Position numbers and translations under genes: made by a program. DNA of 8,930 nt from Candidatus Heimdallarchaeota archaeon. GTDB lineage: Archaea; Asgardarchaeota; Heimdallarchaeia; Hodarchaeales; Hodarchaeaceae. The notes below the pieces were generated by a model. That model worked only from the letters and a program-made list of their open reading frames with translations. It was not told the origin of the DNA and made no database searches. This document shows, one piece after another, positions 6,601-8,930 of this stretch. Location: the NCBI GenBank assembly GCA_020351745.1, contig CP070665.1, positions 1,125,430 to 1,134,359 on the forward strand, given 5' to 3'. Position 1 is the first letter of the stretch. Every line of letters starts with the position of its first letter.

Positions 6601-6695
6601 TGCATGTATAAAATAGAGAGGCCTTTATTATGACATACCTATAGTTTAAAGAAAGCACAATCAGATAATCAATTTTGTGTTTTCTAGTATTGAAT

Positions 6696-6848
6696 TCAGT
6701 CTATTATTGTACTAGCTGGTCCAGCAACAACTGCAGTTCCTAATGACGATGCTGCAATGTAGAGCAATATTAGGAATAACCAAGGAAGTAGTTTTAATAG
6801 CGTTAATTCGACATCAATTCTTTTCTCACGATTTCTAACTTTTTTCAT
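6696..6848 (-). CDS. small (50-aa) single-pass membrane protein, hypothetical
   Basis: Below the ORF-track length cutoff. ATG at 6848..6846 and TGA at 6698..6696: MKKVRNREKRIDVELTLLKLLPWLFLILLYIAASSLGTAVVAGPASTIID. It has a basic N-terminus followed by one ~25-residue hydrophobic span. AGGTG (6860..6864) lies 11 nt upstream of the ATG. It is transcribed divergently from the 6991 gene. Confidence 0.4.
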   Translation of the reverse strand: MKKVRNREKRIDVELTLLKLLPWLFLILLYIAASSLGTAVVAGPASTIID

Positions 6849-6956
6849 TGTTTTTTACACACCTATTTCTTTTTATTCGGTTTTTTTTGTTAAATTCTAG
6901 CATTTTAAGCAATCATTTTGCTTAAATGCACATTCGAATATTTTGTTTAGACAGGT

Positions 6957-6964
6957 TTTTAAAT
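6957..6964 (+). promoter_or_regulatory. candidate archaeal TATA box (TTTTAAAT) for the regulator gene, implying a near-leaderless mRNA
   Basis: TTTTAAAT at 6957..6964 ends 27 nt upstream of ATG 6991. There is no SD in between. With a TATA centred near -26/-27, transcription would start within a few nt of that ATG. Confidence 0.3.
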
Positions 6965-6990
6965 CATACTACCCTTCTTTTCGGCATCAA

Positions 6991-8430
6991 ATGCCTCTCC
7001 CCAAACAAATCCCATCAATTCTTGACAATTTCCGACAAAACCTCAAAATATACAAAATTGAGGAATTTGTACTTGATTTTCTCAATATCTGGATGTACAT
7101 CCATGAAAATGCTAAGGATTATTCACTGGAAGACACTCTGATATTAACAAAGAAAATCTTGGATTCTCATATTATTCCATTCTATGAGAAATTTAAAGCG
7201 GATGATAGTCTAGAATTAAATGAGAGTTGGCTTAAAGACTATGCTTCTATTGTAGTAAAGTGGAGAGAAAGGGGAGGTCACTTATTCCCTCTGAAATTAG
7301 TTGCTTATGAGATATGTTATCATCAAAAACAGCTTTTTGAATTTTTCATACAAAAATTGATAACAAAAGAGATTAATGGAGATAGAGAAGCGTTATTTGA
7401 ATTTCTTTACCCTATTTTATCGAATTTCGTAGTGCCTCTTGATGATTTGTACATATCCTTTTTAAAAGCTTTTCAGGGATTAGAAAAGCATAATCCAACA
7501 TATTATAAACAACCAACTCAAATGGATTTCGCAAGGCATTTAGACATCTCTCCCAGAACCGTTTTACGTCGTATGAATGTAATACGCCTATTACAGATGG
7601 TTAACGCTCTTCATTTCTTGGATATGGGGAAACTAGGTTTCGAGACAACTTTATTTGTACATTCAAACGTTTTCCCAAAACAGTATGAGAAATATTTGCT
7701 ATTCTCAACTAATTTGACAGTAGGAACTTTCAGTGTTGTTCAGATCCCTTACAAAAAAGCACAAGAAATATTCTCCCTTCAAGAATGTCTTGAAATTTTA
7801 ATTTCTCAATCAATGGCATCAAAGGTTTCTTCATGGAATTTAACAGGTCTGTCTCAAGGGGAAGTAACATGGCGAACTTCTCCTCCATTTCTCCATGCCA
7901 ACGCGGATATTTCCCTCATTTCTCCTAGTCCTGACATTTGTTTCTCTCTCAAACCTTCTTTTGATTCTTTTCGGCCACTTACTCCTGCTGATGTTAAAAT
8001 TCTTGATTTTCTTACCACTAGAGGGAGTTTTACAAGTATTAGACAACTTAGTGACACTATAGAAGTTTCAGCCCCAGAAATTTCAAAACGACTTCAAGAA
8101 TACGGAAAGGAAAAGATATTGGTTAAGATGTACCAATATTATAATATTGGATTAGATCTAACAATATTCTTCTTTGTTTCCACTGAAGAGAATACAATTC
8201 CATGGGTTCAGCATTTCCTCAGTTTTCCAAGATGTGATGTCTATTATCAAGGTGAAGAATCACCTTATTATTATTTTGGGTACATTAAATTGCCTAATTA
8301 TTGGATTAAAGCTTTTTCTCGGAAAATAGATTTGATCAAGAGAGATTTCGGTGTTAAAATATATTATAAAATCGCAAGTTCGGTTGATTATGTAAAATGG
8401 GGAGTTGAGCTGAGTAAAACATATTTCTAA
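6991..8430 (+). CDS. large transcription-regulator-like protein: helical N-terminal domain plus two tandem HTH + Lrp/AsnC (RAM)-like modules
   Basis: The ORF track gives 6943..8430 (495 aa) from a TTG. I prefer ATG 6991 (479 aa) because of the TATA-like box 27 nt upstream. HTH1 is TQMDFARHLDISPRTVLRRMNVIRLL (nt 7516..7596), followed by LGFETTLFVHS. HTH2 is LTPADVKILDFLTTRGSFTSIRQLSDTIEVSAPEISKRLQEYGKEKIL (nt 7981..8127), followed by YNIGLDLTIFFFVS. The pattern of an HTH, then G-(L/F)-(D/E)-x-T-hydrophobic strand, looks Lrp/AsnC-like. TAA at 8428..8430. Confidence 0.8.
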   Translation: MPLPKQIPSILDNFRQNLKIYKIEEFVLDFLNIWMYIHENAKDYSLEDTLILTKKILDSHIIPFYEKFKADDSLELNESWLKDYASIVVKWRERGGHLFPLKLVAYEICYHQKQLFEFFIQKLITKEINGDREALFEFLYPILSNFVVPLDDLYISFLKAFQGLEKHNPTYYKQPTQMDFARHLDISPRTVLRRMNVIRLLQMVNALHFLDMGKLGFETTLFVHSNVFPKQYEKYLLFSTNLTVGTFSVVQIPYKKAQEIFSLQECLEILISQSMASKVSSWNLTGLSQGEVTWRTSPPFLHANADISLISPSPDICFSLKPSFDSFRPLTPADVKILDFLTTRGSFTSIRQLSDTIEVSAPEISKRLQEYGKEKILVKMYQYYNIGLDLTIFFFVSTEENTIPWVQHFLSFPRCDVYYQGEESPYYYFGYIKLPNYWIKAFSRKIDLIKRDFGVKIYYKIASSVDYVKWGVELSKTYF

Positions 8431-8434
8431 CTAC

Positions 8435-8439
8435 TTTTT
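8435..8439 (+). terminator. oligo-T run (T5) immediately after the regulator stop; a second T6 lies at 8527..8532
   Basis: taaCTACTTTTTAtc directly follows the stop codon. T6 at 8527..8532 follows a GC-richer stretch (ggcctgag...gcctattgggacc). Both are archaeal-type termination signals by inference. Confidence 0.3.
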
Positions 8440-8680
8440 ATCTCCAGAGTTTTGCGAGCTTAAGATCATATTAGACACAAGATGGCCTGAGTTGAAATCA
8501 AGGGATTAATTTCGCCTATTGGGACCTTTTTTAATGAAATGATCTATTAAATTCTCTTAAATCTAAAAATATATTATCGATATTACACTAAGATTCTCTG
8601 AGTAACATGTTCATTTATAATGGCGAAAAAATTGTCTTTTTGCAGTTGATTAGAAAAAGGAAGTCCAATCCCAGATGTTC

Positions 8681-8704
8681 AGGGAATATAAATTCTTATT
8701 CCCT
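8681..8704. repeat. perfect 8-bp inverted repeat AGGGAATA-N8-TATTCCCT
   Basis: AGGGAATA (8681..8688) and TATTCCCT (8697..8704) are exact reverse complements separated by 8 nt. The repeat lies about 35 nt upstream of the TATA-like box of the Mrp-like gene. Confidence 0.4.
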
Positions 8705-8739
8705 AAGCAAATCAGCCATTAATAGCCTCAATCTCTAGT

Positions 8740-8747
8740 TTTAAATA
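8740..8747 (+). promoter_or_regulatory. candidate archaeal TATA box (TTTAAATA) for the Mrp/NBP35-like gene
   Basis: TTTAAATA at 8740..8747 matches the TTTAWATA consensus. It lies 64 nt upstream of ATG 8811, which would leave a ~40-nt leader containing GGAG (8801..8804) 6 nt before the ATG. Confidence 0.35.
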
Positions 8748-8810
8748 CCACGATCATTTGAACAGGAAAAACGTGATAACTTAGCTGAATTATTTGAGAA
8801 GGAGCCATAT

Positions 8811-8930
8811 ATGCGATCAAATCTACAACAACTTGAACAAGAGATCAAATCTCATATGAAAAAGGTTAAACGAAAAATTGTCGTCCTTTCTGGAAAAGGT
8901 GGGGTAGGAAAATCAACTGTTGCAGCCAAT
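8811..8930 (+). CDS. Mrp/NBP35/ApbC-family P-loop ATPase (Fe-S cluster carrier type), 5' fragment running off the right edge
   Basis: Too short for the ORF track. ATG 8811 is preceded by GGAG. The frame is open to the window end (40 codons): MRSNLQQLEQEIKSHMKKVKRKIVVLSGKGGVGKSTVAAN. The deviant Walker A, SGKGGVGKST, and its ~25-aa distance from the N-terminus are characteristic of Mrp/MinD-class SIMIBI ATPases. Confidence 0.8.
   Translation, partial: MRSNLQQLEQEIKSHMKKVKRKIVVLSGKGGVGKSTVAAN

Noticed and set aside
6417-6634. A ~73-nt tandem direct repeat or CRISPR-like array suggested by the periodic TATATGAC
   Set aside because: The sequences between motif copies do not align with each other, and there are no repeat/spacer units of constant sequence. 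Only the motif periodicity is kept, as a low-interest finding.
6926-7141. 71-aa plus-strand ORF starting at ATG 6926
   Set aside because: It overlaps the 5' end of the long 6943/6991..8430 ORF in a different frame. The long frame continues for about 480 codons with recognisable HTH modules, whereas this one stops after 71 codons.
7840-8057. Two minus-strand ORFs (68 and 67 aa) inside the regulator gene
   Set aside because: They are antisense shadows within a long supported ORF. They are Arg/Lys/Ser-rich with no start signals.
8607-8738. 43-aa plus-strand ORF in the spacer before the Mrp-like gene
   Set aside because: It has no SD and a composition with no structure-like pattern. It spans the inverted repeat and ends at the TATA-like box, so it is more likely regulatory DNA.
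1-8930. Mobile elements, integrases, transposase ends or defence-system genes
   Set aside because: No ORF shows transposase, integrase, nuclease or defence hallmarks. No long terminal inverted or direct repeats were seen. Apart from the Pro-tract GC island, which the coding content explains, composition is uniform.

Overview
AT-rich, gene-dense window (about one-third G+C by eye). It is probably archaeal: genes end in oligo-T runs rather than hairpin terminators, TTTAAATA-type TATA boxes sit about 27 nt upstream of likely starts, and GGAGGT-type Shine-Dalgarno sites are used. An Asgard/Loki-like origin is only a guess. The minus strand carries eight co-oriented genes (1..6189). Reading in the direction of transcription: two copies of a two-gene module I cannot place (a helical protein followed by a ~110-aa winged-helix-like protein), then a 510-aa protein with an acidic helical head, a GC-rich polyproline tract, a beta-rich domain and a C-terminal membrane anchor, then an M16B metallopeptidase pair (one subunit lacking the zinc motif, one with an intact HxxEH...E motif), then the start of a further gene. 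A ~500-bp gene-free gap (6190..6695) holds a locally GC-rich segment with mutually exclusive stems, a candidate small structured RNA. It is followed by a 50-aa single-TM ORF missing from the ORF track. The plus strand has a 479-495-aa protein with two HTH + Lrp/AsnC-like modules behind a long helical N-terminal domain, and the 5' end of an Mrp/NBP35-type P-loop ATPase. I saw no rRNA, tRNA, CRISPR array or mobile element. All family assignments come from reading motifs by eye; no searches were run.
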